Of a stretch of 64,000 nucleotides of DNA, positions 13,380-26,725 are shown in pieces. Under the pieces are notes generated by a model. It searched no databases. It was given only the letters and a program-made list of their open reading frames with translations, and was not told the origin of the DNA. Where the stretch lies: NCBI GenBank assembly GCA_051294905.1, contig CM119371.1, positions 4,094,001-4,158,000 on the forward strand, written 5' to 3'. This DNA is from Botryllus schlosseri. Lineage: Eukaryota. How positions within the stretch are numbered: the stretch's first letter is position 1; each line of letters opens with the position of its first letter. A program made the position numbers and the translations under genes.

Positions 13380-15937
13380 GACAACTAAACGATTAGGTCT
13401 CCACTCTGAAACTGTGTGCCTTCTTGCCTAGAACTTCCGAGTAAATATAGTTGGATGTGCCGCAAAAATAATTCTTTCTTTTGGTCGGCAAAGTCGGCTT
13501 TGGTGGCTAGGTCGAAATTTCCGAATTTCACGACCATGCTATTGTTTAGGAATAGATATCCAGCTGTCAAGAAAAAAATCACATACAGTTACACAAGTAG
13601 GCATACATGAACTTGTGTAAACTAACAAACTGCTTAGATGACGGTCAACTAACTATTGCTAATTTGAGTAAGGTCTAGTTCCAGTTAAAGATGCGATTTG
13701 TGAAGTTGCGAGTTTTAAGAACTAAGCCTGTACCCATGCATAGTACGCACCCTGCATTCACAGTACATGAATAGCTGTGGTTCAGTATACCATGTCGTTC
13801 TGTTTTGCGATGTCTCTGTTCAACAATCATGACATAACGATCGCTAATCATTATGCAATTAACAACATTGTCTCTAAACCGTGTTAGATAGCAGCCAAAG
13901 CCTGCAAGGCTGGCGACGACATACTTCAGGCCAACGAGACGACATCTTGAGCACGAGGCCTATTACAGATGCGATTGCTAATCATTATACCATTAACGGC
14001 ATTGCCTCTAAACGAAAGTAGATAGCAGCAAATCCTGCGAGGCAGACGACGTGATAGTTTAGGCCAGCGACACGACATCTTGCGCACGAGGCCTATTACA
14101 GATTCGATTGCCCAGGCCAACGATTACGTCGTGCGCTCCAGATCTTTTCGAGATACGACTGCTTACGCAAGCGATTATACCTTGCGCGCATGGCCTGTTA
14201 TATATGCGATTGTTCAGGCCTGTCGTTGACGCGATGAGTAAGCGAGGGTTGCCGCGCGCGCGTGTAGCAATGCTCGTGCTCAATGACCCAATTAATTTCG
14301 CTCGCGTAAAAACGGCAAACTGACTCAGCAGGAGACCGCGTGCTGTGCTCAGGGATAACCCTGGCTGAGCTGCTCGTTTTGCAACACGTTTCTCGCTAAT
14401 TCTCACAGTAGTTTGTACAATTCTGGCACCACTGCAAGCAATTTTACCTCCATATCTTTGTGAGTGATCTTACAAACATGAAGATAAACAACTCCAAGCA
14501 GAATCTGTTGCTTGTAATAACGAGTCTCTGGTTCTGTGATGACGTGTCTTCTTTTGCAAACTTCATCAGCGACTGATCAACAAAAATCAATTGTAATTGG
14601 ATTGATAGATTGACAATATTATTTGCCGGAAAATCTAAATCAGTGGTTCGAAACCTTCTGGGGCTAGCCGGCTGGTAAAATTCAAGAACAAATTTTGCAG
14701 ACCCAGTGAACCGTCCAAATTAGAAAATTCATTTCAGGCTGCCGTTTTGATATCAGTGTTGTCAATACGTAGGGAAAAATTGAATACCTGAGTGATTCCA
14801 TTCAGAATACAGTGTTTGGCTTCGAGTCGAGTATTCGAGTATCACTCATTATGACATCGAAGCAGTATGAATGAGTTAGAAATTTCACATATGTACCTTC
14901 TATGGGACCACAAACAATATATTGATCCAGATTTGATTATGGTACGGTACTGAGATCATTGTTCCCAGTCCTAGTGATAATAGCTTTATTTTCGATATTT
15001 CCAAACTAGATTACAATTAGAATGATAGCTACAATTTTTATTCCAAATTACATTACGATCTGGACAAAATCTTTGTCTTAAAAAAATCCATGAAATTCAG
15101 TGACGTGCTTGTGATTCACACTGCTATGGAGACTGATCTCTCGACTTATTTTGTCTTCAAGATGCTCATTCACAAGTACTACCTGAAGCTGAAATTCACA
15201 CGAAATTGATGCTTGTAATCAAAGCGCGGCCCATCATGAGTTCACCAATAATATCGTACTGATATCAGACTTTGGGAGAAATATCGGTTTCAGCCGTGAG
15301 GGAAAAGATATCGGCATTATCCATGACATCACAGAATGGTAGTAGGGACTCAGAGAACTATCATCTGTGACTGCTACACTGGGAACATTAACATATTTTC
15401 TACAGCTTACAAGTGTCCGGGTGCATCTTTTCTAGTTTGTTTCATGTAATGTCCACGCATAGAAATGACTGTAAAGTTGCTCCATTTTCGGAAATTTGCC
15501 CACGCTAGAACAATATCGAGGTTATGGACGAAGGTGCTATGGGTATCGGTTTTATCGGCATTGGCTTAAAATCCGAAATTAGTCGGACTATAGTTACAAT
15601 AGGCATGACTAAAATGGCAATTTGCAAGTCCTTAATCATATTTGTTGAATATTCACAAAAATTCCATTAATGAATGCGACAGATATAGTCGCTCCCGTGG
15701 ATGATTCGAATCTGTCAATAAACTTGGCTCACCATTGCTACAATTTTACAAGCAAAAGCTTGTTTTGTTCCGACTTCTGTGATTTCAAAAGCAGTTTGCA
15801 AATCCTCTTTTGCCAAGATATCGACCTCCCGTGTATCGTTTCTCAGTAGAGTCACTCATCATACAAGACTTGATGGATCTCTTTAGTAGTGAAATCTACT
15901 TTTTAATATATTACCTTGAAATCAAATCCAAATTAAT
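13380..15937 (-). pseudogene. PLK1: PLK1-like kinase pseudogene (copy A), four exons
   Basis: Exons 15937-15733 (KRYTGGRYLGKRGFANCF..EITEVGTKQAFACKIVA), 15182-~15050 (EDKISREISLHSSVNHKHVTEFHGFF*DKDFV), 14572-14448 (RRHVITEPETRYYKQQILLGVVYLH..ITHKDME) and 13563-~13380 (LFLNNSMVVKFGNFDLATK..CGTSNYIYSEVLGKKAHSF); AG/GT boundaries, stops and frameshifts. Confidence 0.85.
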
Positions 15938-16237
15938 CTGCAAAATAAAATATCGCACATTAGCGCACTGGCATCAGACACGCACAAACTACTCGAGTAG
16001 CAAAATCAACAATTAGATCTCGAACTAATGACTTTTAAAAATTTACAATTAACTGAAACACAACTACATAAATACATTTTATCAGAATCAGATTGGCTTC
16101 CCACACGAACAACAAAATTACTGAAGAATAAGACCGACAGACCTACCAGAATACAGGATAAACTAGGCAATTACCGACTAGCAATAACAAATTTCCCGTA
16201 AACAACGTCAAAATTATCATAGTCAGGTATTTGTTAC

Positions 16238-18530
16238 CTCGATATCTCTGTGAATGGTCTTACAGTCGTGACGATAAATGACATCCAACACAATCTGTTG
16301 CATGTCATAACGAGACTCTGGTTACATGATGGCGCGCCTTCTTTTGTAAAATGCCATCGGCGACTAAAAACAAATATCAAAGATAATTGGATTTCTAGAA
16401 TGAGAACAACAATATTATTTGTTGGACAATTCTATATTGGTGATTTTCAGGCTGTATTAACAACAAATTTTGCAGAGTTGTGAACCTTTCAAATTAGATC
16501 GTTTAATTAATACTGGTTTTCTGATAGACGTGTAATAGGCCTATGTAAGGCTGGGCGCGGTTCTGAATCAAGTATTACTTTTAACGCAGAGCGACTGTTT
16601 GTTGTTGTTGTTTTGTGTGTAATCTGACTCTATGAAGGTTAGGCTACTTTTGAGTCGTTGAGTCGTATATCTTTCCTTTGACGGAACGGTGTCCCGAGCC
16701 GCAGGGTTCGTTGGATGACATACCACGAAGCCTGTCTAGTGCACACGTATTCGAAGATCACACGGACAAATATTTTGCTTCTGTCTACACGACTTGCAAA
16801 TTTATTGAATCAAAGTACGACTGGGTAACAGTATCCCAGAATCATGAAATTGAATTTAATGTTTCTACGTGGTATTACACGCGTATATATCATAGCCATG
16901 AGAGATTACGAACAAAATATCGTAGCATGTATTTGCATGTATCTATATTTCACACGATATATAACCGAATCACGGAGGTCTTATCGGATTTTCACTTCAT
17001 GGAATTAGGTAAGGTTTTATAAAATCCTCATTGATCAAATATTAAAATGGCGTTAACGATATATCTGGTTATATACTCATTTTGTCGTCACGCCAGCATG
17101 ATCATTGATCATGTGTTAGTAAATTAACTCTGTTCAGTTCGGTTTAGTTTATTGTTAATCCTTTATCCTCTTGTAGCAAGGATCGTGTCATTTCAGTACT
17201 CAAAAAATGTTTGTCTCGCTACTCGACTCGAATGACTGTGCCCAGTCCCAGTGATCAAAGCTGTGTAATTGATAGTTTTTCCAAATTAGTTAAGAATTAG
17301 AATTACTTGATTCACTAAGAAGATGCAGCAAAATCTAGTACAGTGCATATCATATCTGAGTTTATTCTTATAAGCACGAGAATAGCAGATGTCTGTGCAG
17401 TGAACATACACCAAGTTTTGCTCGTTTTTCCCGGTACAATTCTCCTGTAATATTTTCACAGACAGCAGATTAGAATTAAACATAGGGCAAATAAACATTT
17501 GACAAATTGGGTGGAATTTAATTATCGCCATTCCTCTATAATTAGTCTAAGACCTCAAAAAATATCTAGTTGGCAAAGCCTGTTAGTAATGAGCGTGGCA
17601 GAGCTGATGAAATTGCCAAGGTATCACAGTTGTATCAAAGAAATACTTTTACCCTTCTTTTGCACAATTCCAGAACGATATAGGAAAAATTCCTGTCTTT
17701 GAAAAATCCATAAAATCGAACGACTTGTTTGTGACTCAAACCGCGATGGAGACTGGTCTCTTGACACATTTTGTCTTTATGATGCTTATTCACAAGAAGT
17801 GCCTGATATTAACGCCAAATTATTGATCACATTTACTGCCTGGCCCGTGATACGTTCGCCAATAACATCGTGTCGATGTCACGCTTTGAAAGATATACCG
17901 GCATCGGCAATGAGAGGCAAAAAATATCGATAATTTCTGCGTGGCCACAACGTGCTCATAAAAACAATGCGACTGCAACACTGGAAATATTGATAGATTC
18001 CTTATATTTTCCAAGTGTCCATATACAGCGTTTGTAGTTTTTTTTTTAATGTCCAGGTATAACAATGACTGTGAAGCTGTTATTTTTTGAAAATGTGGCC
18101 AAATCTTGGAGAATATCAAGGCTATCAGTGAAGGTGCTTGGTATCAGTTTCATTGGTATCGGCTCAAAAACCCGAAATCCAGTTAGCTCTAGTTATACAA
18201 AGCATGTAGAAATGGCAACCTCCAAGTTCTTGACCGTATTTGTTCTCACAAGAGTATTTACAAATGGTGTTAGAGCATGAGACAAATATAATCATTCACG
18301 CAGATTTTAAAGTGTCGATAAAGACGTCTCACCTTTGCCACATTTTATCAAGCGAAAGCTTGTTTTGTTTCGACTCCAGTGATTTGAAAGCATTTGGCAA
18401 ATCAGCTTTTGTCAAGAAATGGACCTTGCGTGTATAGTTCCCAGAAAGTCATCACACATCAATTCGGAGATCTCTTTCGTCGCAAGGTATACTTTTTTAG
18501 ACATAATCGTGAAATCAAATCAAAATCAAT
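16238..18530 (-). pseudogene. PLK1: PLK1-like kinase pseudogene (copy B), three exons
   Basis: Exon 18530-18333 (ATG at 18504, MSKKVYLATKEISE..YTQGPFLDKS*FAKCFQIT), exon 17802-17653 (ALLVNKHHKDKMCQETSLHRGLSHKQVVRFYGFFKDRNFSYIVLELCKRR), exon 16363-16238 (SPMAFYKRRRAIM*PESRYDMQQIVLDVIYRHDCKTIHRDIE); all flanked by AG/GT. Confidence 0.85.
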
Positions 18531-19336
18531 CTGCAGAATGAAATATCGTACATTAACATGCTGGCACCAGACTTACACAAACTACTGGTTGCTCAAACAG
18601 CACAACTAAATCAGATCGAACGACATTTGAAAATCAGTGACTAACGAAAACACAACTCAATGGATTTGATTCCAAAGCAACTCATTCATTATATTTTATC
18701 GGAATCAGATTGACTTTCCACATTTACATCAGTAAAATCTTACTGAAGAATCAGATTGACAGAACTACCACTATACAGGATAAACTAAGCAATTACTAGC
18801 TAGCAATGGCTGCAAGAACATCACACAAACAAAACCGATCTTAACGATATTCAAGAAATGTACAACGCTTGTTAACAAATGTACATCAATACACAAAAAT
18901 GTATACCGATATGGGTCCCTTTCATATTGACCAGTGGTAATGCAATAGGCTGCATGAGTATCATAAAATGTACATGGAAAATATGTGAGCTCATACAGTA
19001 TGATAGCCAAGAGAGATGTAGTAGTACGTTCACTCTTCAGGGCAATCACTTGGCACTGGCACTGCTAGCAGTTACTCGATCATAACCAGCTCCAGACGTG
19101 AAATATACGTAATTCGGCATCTGTATGAATATGCAACGCGAATTTCGATAAGTTACCAAGTATGCCTTCTTACATGAGCAAATTGGTGATTGATCAGGTT
19201 CTAGGCAAAATTGAGTTTTTCATTGAAAGAACACTGGTACTGGAGGTCATTTCGAATACTTCCGACCTTTTTTCACTTGATTGAGACCTTGCGTGACTTT
19301 TGAACAAAACATGTTAATCCATATGATACTTGATGT

Positions 19337-21361
19337 CAGGGCTGTTGAGTCGGTAAATTTTACCACCGACTCCGGCTCCGACTCCACACATTTTCAATAT
19401 ACCGACTCCGACTCCTGAGTCTTTAAACGTACCGACTCCGACTCCTGGGTCTTTAAACGTACCTACTCCGACTCCCGACTCCGACTCCGACTCCAGCATT
19501 ATAACCAATTTACCTCGAAAATTATATGCCACATTGTCGGTTGAATGACTATCATACAACCATTAAACATATGCAAACATATGATTAACTGTGGCATGCT
19601 GAATTGTTTCATTGTGGCACAGCTCGAATTATCCACTATGCAATTAACATGAAATAAAGATTTGCTAAATATCCTTCCTCATTCAAGTTTTTATAACATG
19701 GACTCTCTAATATCCTGAAATGTATGAATCATTCAAATATGGCAGATATCCAATCCTGTATGATAAAAATGTAGATAAAAAATCCAAGTGTAGCTCTTGT
19801 GTACGACTCAGCAACTAATAAAGAGATTGAACTTACTAATTTTGTCATTACACACTATCCTGATTACAAGCACAAACACTCTTACTACTAGCAATAGAAA
19901 TTGGTCATAAATGGAATTTAGTTAAGTAATCAAAGACCATAGCCTATGTCTAGTCTACATGTACTTAATCAAGTATTCAAGGATTGGGACTTGCAGTCTT
20001 TCTTAATCATTTGTTCGACCCAAACAGCTAATCTACACTACAAATATTTTTAATTTTGTCAAATGGGAAGCATCGTTTGGTCATATTTACATATTTTTAC
20101 AATTTTACAAAACCAGCCGATGCATTTTCTCTGTCACAGTATCATGGTATAATTCCAAAAATTGCATCAATTTTGACTGCATCGGGAAAACGCATCTTGC
20201 GATTTTCTTCCCCTCTGCAACTGAGTTGTAATTTGCAAGTAATGTCTTTTATCTATATCAGGGGTGGGCAACTTTTTCGGCGAAAGGGACACCTGAGATT
20301 TACGAACCATCGCGCGGGCAACGGGAATGTTGATAACCTTTTTTTAGTCGTCGATAGGAGCGAACCGAATTATGAAACATTGCAAACAAGATTTATATTA
20401 CTACGCTCTAAAATTGATAACATTATGTCATCCAACTGTGCAGTGCGCAATCAGGCCCTGGTCACGCGAAGCGCGAATTTTTTTTGCAAGATAACGACTG
20501 AATTAGGCTATAGCTATATCAATAAATATGTCGCTAACATACATTGGGGGTCGCATCTGTATACCACTGGGCTCATTTGGCAAGGACAGGATTATTCGAG
20601 GTTTAGACATAGCAAAATCGACGGTATCAGTGAACATGCCTCTATCATTTTGTGCAAATGTTTTGTCGACGATCTCGCTGCGAGTGCACAAGCGAAGCCG
20701 TATCTCCTAATTGCGAATATAGTTAGACTCAATTCTGTGAAGAATATGTATTTATAATTTTCAAAAGGGGGATCAAATACTGAATGCAAGACATCTAGTG
20801 ACAATGAATCATGCGAAGTACCGAGAAAAATTTCAAGTCAAATAAATCTGCTATGAAATATTCTACTTCATGGTCATATACGAAGATCTGGGATAAATGT
20901 GACTGACCCCTGGATACGTCAATGCCTCAGAACTGTTGTTTTAGTCATCATCAAATTTCTCGGTCATGCTAATCAAATTTTGGTTGGCCTTGCAATTGTA
21001 CCTGATGTTATAAATAATTTCGAGAATTACCTCGCAGGCCACACCTAACCTTCTCGTGTGCCAAATTTGGCCTGCGTGCCACGGGCTGGCTGCAGCTGAT
21101 CTGTATGGTTAATAATAACAGTGATTGGTGGTACATAAAAATTATATTGAAAATTCTTTGAAAGCAAATGTTTTCATGATAGAGAAGTTGGAGTCGGAGT
21201 CGGAGTCGAAATCATAGTCATTCTCACAAACTCCGACTCCGACTCCAGTCAGTATTTTCCCACCGACTCCGACTCCAGCTATTACAGTTTTCACGACTCC
21301 GACTCCATCAAGCGAAAATTACCCCGACTCCGACTCCACCGACTCCGACTCCACAGCCCTG
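19337..21361. mobile_element. ~2-kb composite non-autonomous hAT element, copy 1
   Basis: TIR CAGGGCTGT(G/T)GAGTCGG ... CCGACTCCACAGCCCTG; (GACTCC)n subterminal arrays; near-identical to 40456-42537 and 43293-45362; nested MITE at 20259-21098 (TSD ATCTATAT/ATCTGTAT). The outer TSD is imperfect in this copy. Confidence 0.85.
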
Positions 21362-21464
21362 CTTGGCCGTTTCAGAAAGTTTCACGTTCATGATTTTTGA
21401 TTATCAGCATGCAGAACTGTATGACGCTTGCAGGTAATCTTCTTAGTAAATGCTTTTCCACATA

Positions 21465-21904
21465 CCGTAATCTTCCATGTATAATGCACATTACGCATTG
21501 GTATCAGTTTTGAAAAAATCTTTCTCGAAATAAAACTTGAAATCACACCTTTCTACATGTTTGCTGTCAATCCCGCATCACATTCAGCCACCGTGCCCAG
21601 TAACTCGTATTAGAAGTGTTGTGCGCTGCCAATTAACGAGGAGCGCGGTGCTGCACACGAGCGCTGGAGATCGTCGTACTTTATAGCATCAACGACAGGC
21701 CCGAACAATCGCATCTCCAACAGGCCAGAGAGCAAGATATAATTGCTGGCCGAAATAGACGCACCTCCAACAGGTCTAATATAGGCCTGATCGTTGGCCT
21801 GATCAATCGCATCTATGATAGGGATTGTGTGCATGATATCGTTGCAGGTATGAACTATCGCGTCGCAAGCCTCGCAGGGGCGTATTATACATGGGAAATT
21901 ACGG
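21465..21904. mobile_element. TA-targeting MITE (Tc1/mariner-pogo type) inserted in a zinc finger
   Basis: TIRs CCGTAATCTTCCATGTATAA ... TTATACATGGGAAATTACGG flanked by TA (21463-64, 21905-06); internal sequence related to ~13920-14300. Confidence 0.85.
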
Positions 21905-23536
21905 TATATCACAGTAACGAATTTTGGTGCCAGCATGTGTAGCCATATGATGCCTGAGGGTACCCTTCTGAGTGAATGCTTTACCACACATAGCACATAT
22001 ATGATTTTTGATGCCAGCATGCATATCCATATGAAGCTTGAGGTGACCCTTTTCAGTGAATGCTTTACCACATACATCACAAACATGATTTTTGATGCCA
22101 GCATGCATATCCATATGATGCTTGAGGTTACCCTTCTGAGTGAATGCTTTACCACATATAGCACATATATGATTTTTGATGCCAGCATGCATATCCATAT
22201 GAAGCTTGATAGTACCATTCTGAGTGAATGCTTTACCACATATAGCACATGAATGATTTTTGATTCCGGTGTGCTTATCCATATGCAAATTGAGGTGACC
22301 CTTTTCAGTGAATGCTTTACCACATATAGCACATGCATGAGTTTTGATTCCAGCATGCTTATCCATATGAACCTTGAGGGTGCCATTCTCAGTGAATGCT
22401 TTACCACATATAGCACATGCATGATTTTTGATTCCAGCGTGCTTATCCATATGCAACTTGAGGGCACCTTTATGAGTGAATGCTTTACCACATATAGCAC
22501 ATTCATGATTTTTGATGCCAGCATGCATATCGATATGCAACTTGAGGCGAACCTTCTCAGTGAATGCTTTACCACATATAGCACATACATGATTTTTTAT
22601 TCCAGCATGCACATTCATATGACGCTTGAGGTGACCCTTCTGAGTGAATGCTTTACTACAAATAGCACATGTATGATTTTTGTTTCCAGCATGCTTATCC
22701 ATATGCAACTTGAGCGTACCCTTCTCAGTGAATGCTTTCCCACATATATCACATACATGATTTTTGATGCCAGCATGCACATTCATATGAAGCTTGAGGT
22801 GACCCTTCTGAGTGAATGCTTTACCACATATAGCACATGTATGATTTATGATGCCAGCATGATTGTCCATATGCAACTTGAGGGTACACTTCTGAGTGAA
22901 TGCTTTACCACATATAGCACATTTATGATTTTTGATGCCAGCATGCATATCCATATGAAGCTTGAGGTGTCCCTTCTCAGTGAATGCTTTACCACATACA
23001 GCACATACATGATTTTTGATTCCAGCATGCACATCCATATGACGCTTGAGGTGACCCTTCTCAGTGAATGCTTTACTACATATAGCACATGTATGATTTT
23101 TGTTTCCAGCATGCTTATCCATATGCAACTTGAGCGTACCCTTCTCTGTGAATGCTTTCCCACATATATCACATACATGATTTTTGATGCCAGCATGCAT
23201 ATTCAGATGAAGCTTGAGGTGACCCTTCTGAGTGAATGCTTTACCACATATAGCACATGCATGATTTATGATGCCAGCATGATTGTCCATATGCAACTTG
23301 AGGGTACACTTCTGAGTGAATGCTTTACCACATAAAGCACATTTATGATTTTTGATGCCAGCATGCATATCCATATGAAGCTTGAGGTGTCCCTTCTCAG
23401 TGAATGCTTTACCACATACAGCACATATATGATTTTTGATGCCAGCATGCATATCCATATGACGCTTGAGGGTATTTGTCCGAGTGAATGCTTTACCACA
23501 TACATCACATTCAACATTGTTGATGCCAGCATGCAT
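21899..23536 (-). CDS. C2H2 zinc-finger protein exon, 19 tandem fingers
   Basis: 28-aa repeats CxxCGKAFTxKGxLKxHMDxH with AGIKNH linkers; upstream exons not identified; present stop codon is supplied by the MITE. Confidence 0.9.
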   Translation of the reverse strand: MHAGINNVECDVCGKAFTRTNTLKRHMDMHAGIKNHICAVCGKAFTEKGHLKLHMDMHAGIKNHKCALCGKAFTQKCTLKLHMDNHAGIINHACAICGKAFTQKGHLKLHLNMHAGIKNHVCDICGKAFTEKGTLKLHMDKHAGNKNHTCAICSKAFTEKGHLKRHMDVHAGIKNHVCAVCGKAFTEKGHLKLHMDMHAGIKNHKCAICGKAFTQKCTLKLHMDNHAGIINHTCAICGKAFTQKGHLKLHMNVHAGIKNHVCDICGKAFTEKGTLKLHMDKHAGNKNHTCAICSKAFTQKGHLKRHMNVHAGIKNHVCAICGKAFTEKVRLKLHIDMHAGIKNHECAICGKAFTHKGALKLHMDKHAGIKNHACAICGKAFTENGTLKVHMDKHAGIKTHACAICGKAFTEKGHLNLHMDKHTGIKNHSCAICGKAFTQNGTIKLHMDMHAGIKNHICAICGKAFTQKGNLKHHMDMHAGIKNHVCDVCGKAFTEKGHLKLHMDMHAGIKNHICAMCGKAFTQKGTLRHHMATHAGTKIRYCDIP

Positions 23537-24272
23537 ATCTATAAGATGCTTGAGGTAAATATTCCCGGTAAATGCTTTCCAGTTTCCAATATATATCGAA
23601 TTGGCGTTCTTTCAAGTCATGAACAATAGTTAATACTGGATCCACAGAATGCTTTTCTTTATGACACTAAGGAAAAGACCCACAGATTTTCAGCAGTTCA
23701 GCATATAAACTTAGTACAATTATAGTATGACCACATCTGCAATGCATGAAAGTGTAAAACTAATTTAAACAAGGACCATTATAAGATTGTAGACAGAGCA
23801 ATCACGATACCGGGATAGAGTACAACATACAAAACTATCAATTACATGGAAATGACTGCAGCAACGAGAGTGTAAAAATCATTATAATACATTGTAAGGT
23901 ACCGGTAGTCTTATTGTTTCATTTAGTCGAACATCATCAATATTGGACTGGTATATCAAGTTTCGATCATTTTAGTTACAAATCATAATTAACACGAGAA
24001 AAAACACAACGACAGTAGCGCACGTCGGTGTATATCTGCAAATGAATTAGAGAAATTTTCATATAACCACAAAAAAGATATATCTGTTACCATGAAAATT
24101 GAGCAGCTTCAATGAATATGCCTTGAAGTAGTTTGCTCAGTATTAAAGTTCACATTAACAGTGTTACATTTACTTTTATATAGGCTGAAAAGAAAAATAT
24201 TCCTGCTAGTTTGTAGCTTGTCTTTCCTGTCAGAAGCACTGCGTCACCACAACGCCTATGGTAAGTGATAAG

Positions 24273-25144
24273 TAGGGCGATTTTTATTTGACATGTCAAA
24301 AAAAGTCAAAATTAGGTCAAAATTGTAGCGTTAGGTCAAAATTGTTTACAAAGTCAAACATTTTTAGACCTCTGCATTTCGTTTGTATCGTAGATTTTGC
24401 GCTGTCGGTGAACTTATCATTTGATATTTTACAGCTTGTAGCCTTCTTTATAGGCCTACTGTTTAAACGGCCCATCGTCTGCTCATTGTGAATCATAAAC
24501 GGTCAAATGAAACAAACAGTGACATGGTTTTATGGTCGACGTACCGCAATATCCTAACTGAAGCAAGACTGCTTGGACATTGCATGATTGCTATATCAAG
24601 AAGCGCAAGCTGAAAAATTGTGATATAGACAACATTGTCAGAATGAAGCAACACGGTGTGTTACCAGCAGTGTGCACACAACTTCAGTGTTGTCAGCCAA
24701 CAACTGCTGCTGTTGAACGTTCTTCCTCCATTCTTGGCAAGCTACTAAGTAAGGACAGATATTTTCAACCCGAGAACGTAGGAAAGTATCTTTCGTTCGT
24801 TGTACTACAACAAATATTAATTATTTCCACCAAAATACGGGATGTAACTACTGGAATTCTTCATAGAGCCAGATTTTGTTAAAACACTAGTTTTTCATGT
24901 AAAAACTTGTCCGTGTTTGAGCAAAAAACGTTTTTTCAGGCCAATCTACTTTGTAAGGCCAAACAGTTCCAACCAGAAATGAAGATAAGTAGTACAATTT
25001 TAACATTACGTGCGAAAACACCTAATTTGCATACGTGAGGTCAAAATTTGGTCAAATTTCAGTTTTTTTAGGTAAAAAAAAGTCAAAATTTAAATTTTTT
25101 AGGTCAAAATCTTCCGTTTTTTAGGTAAAAAAAAAATTGCCCTA
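24273..25144 (+). mobile_element. hAT-like deletion derivative with transposase C-terminal remnant
   Basis: TAGGGC...GCCCTA ends; TSD GTGATAAG/GTTATAAG; ORF 24580-24882 contains QPTTAAVERSSSILGKLL (dimerisation-domain-like ERxFS motif). Confidence 0.7.
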
Positions 25145-26725
25145 GTTATAAGCTAGTCTTGTTGCACATTACTGGACGATCAACAATCATGATAGTCAGT
25201 GGACTCGGTGCATAATTAATTTACCACTGAATATACGATTGAATATTTAACGGTGAATTGCACCCAATTCATAGCCAACCATAGACATAAAATAAAAATT
25301 CAGGTTTATGACAATTCATCTCTGAAGATTGCGTATCACTTTTCACTGAACACAGTTTGAAACACGCCAATAACAACTGCATGACAACATGACCATCATT
25401 GATCACGGTTCCAAGTGACTACGTCAACATTTATGGCATTCATGAGTGGTTTAGGTTTAGTGTTTTGTGGAAGCGTCCATGACCTTTAACCCGACCTCAA
25501 TTTTACGCCACCACAGCTACAAAACTAAACCCAATCCTACGATACCCTATCCCTTAACCCAGGGGAAGGCAACTTCTTCATTCGGCGGGCCGGATATAGG
25601 AAAATTAAGTACTTGGCGGGCCGGATTGCTGAATTGATACATTATTCGCCCATTTATCCACATATACAAGGAATAAATCGTATTTAATGAATGTATTTTA
25701 ACGACAGCAATGTAATGTTAAAGCCATTTCTCGCCAATAATGACGATACCACAATGACATTTTGAAAGCAACGGGCCAGATACTGCACGTAACTTGGGTA
25801 ATTGTTGGCAATACCATGTCATGTCTGACGTTGTTCCCACTTCACCATGTACAGAAGCCATCCACCATCAATTATGCGGGTGCAACATGGTTGGTTAGTC
25901 AAATCAAGTGGGTCAGTTTATGCTTACAGGGTTGTATTCAAACATTCTGCCTTGGTAGCCTTGTTCATCTTCTGATCTTTGTTGCTGAACAGGGACAGCG
26001 GGAAAGGAGTGAACTCCTACTGTGAGCTTGTCGCAACATCCATATCTTGCTGGGTGTTCTACTTTTACCTTTAGACATTTTCTTTGCGATGACAGGGCTT
26101 TCACCTTTGACATGAAAACCATGGTTGATGTCACTGACTTTCCATCCAGGTTGATTTGCATGGCCATCATAACTTCAGCTGCTCCCTCAGTATTTCGACT
26201 ACGTTATCACCTGTACTTGTGAATCCAGTTGAGAAATACATGAGCAACCCCTTTTATCCATCGTTGACGAATGACTTCATTCCATCAAACCATTTTAGGT
26301 CAGGTTCAATGTCCCTGCATCTCGCTTCATCTATGTCTTGGTAAGGTCTCTGGTGAGCGAGTAGGCCTACACGACTCGAATCATTACAGTTGCTAATGGA
26401 GTTGAATTGAAGTTGTGCAATGATTTTGCCCAACCCTACTAATTGATGCTATCCTTTAAGCTTGTAGTGCTGTCTTGTGGCACCCAATGCTACTTTGTAA
26501 ATCATTGGAATTTGCAGACATTTACATAGCTTGAGACCATCTCAAAGTCACCCTCCTTTGGTTGATGCATCAGCCAGACCTCGACAACTAGGTAATTCTA
26601 TTGCTAATTACAGATCGTGCAATCTGTGAAATGTGTCTATGCTTCCATTTAAATTGTGATTTTGAATTTTCCTGAAAATGCTAAAGGAGAACTATATGGT
26701 GCGAAAATCCTGTTGTACATTGTAC

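Noticed and set aside
20056..20757. 233-aa ORF inside the composite hAT element
   Set aside because: It spans the junction of two nested elements, has no recognisable domain, and is broken in copies 2 and 3.
21610..23629. Long alternative-frame and antisense ORFs over the ZNF array (also at 52863-54040)
   Set aside because: Shadow frames of the 84-bp repeat.
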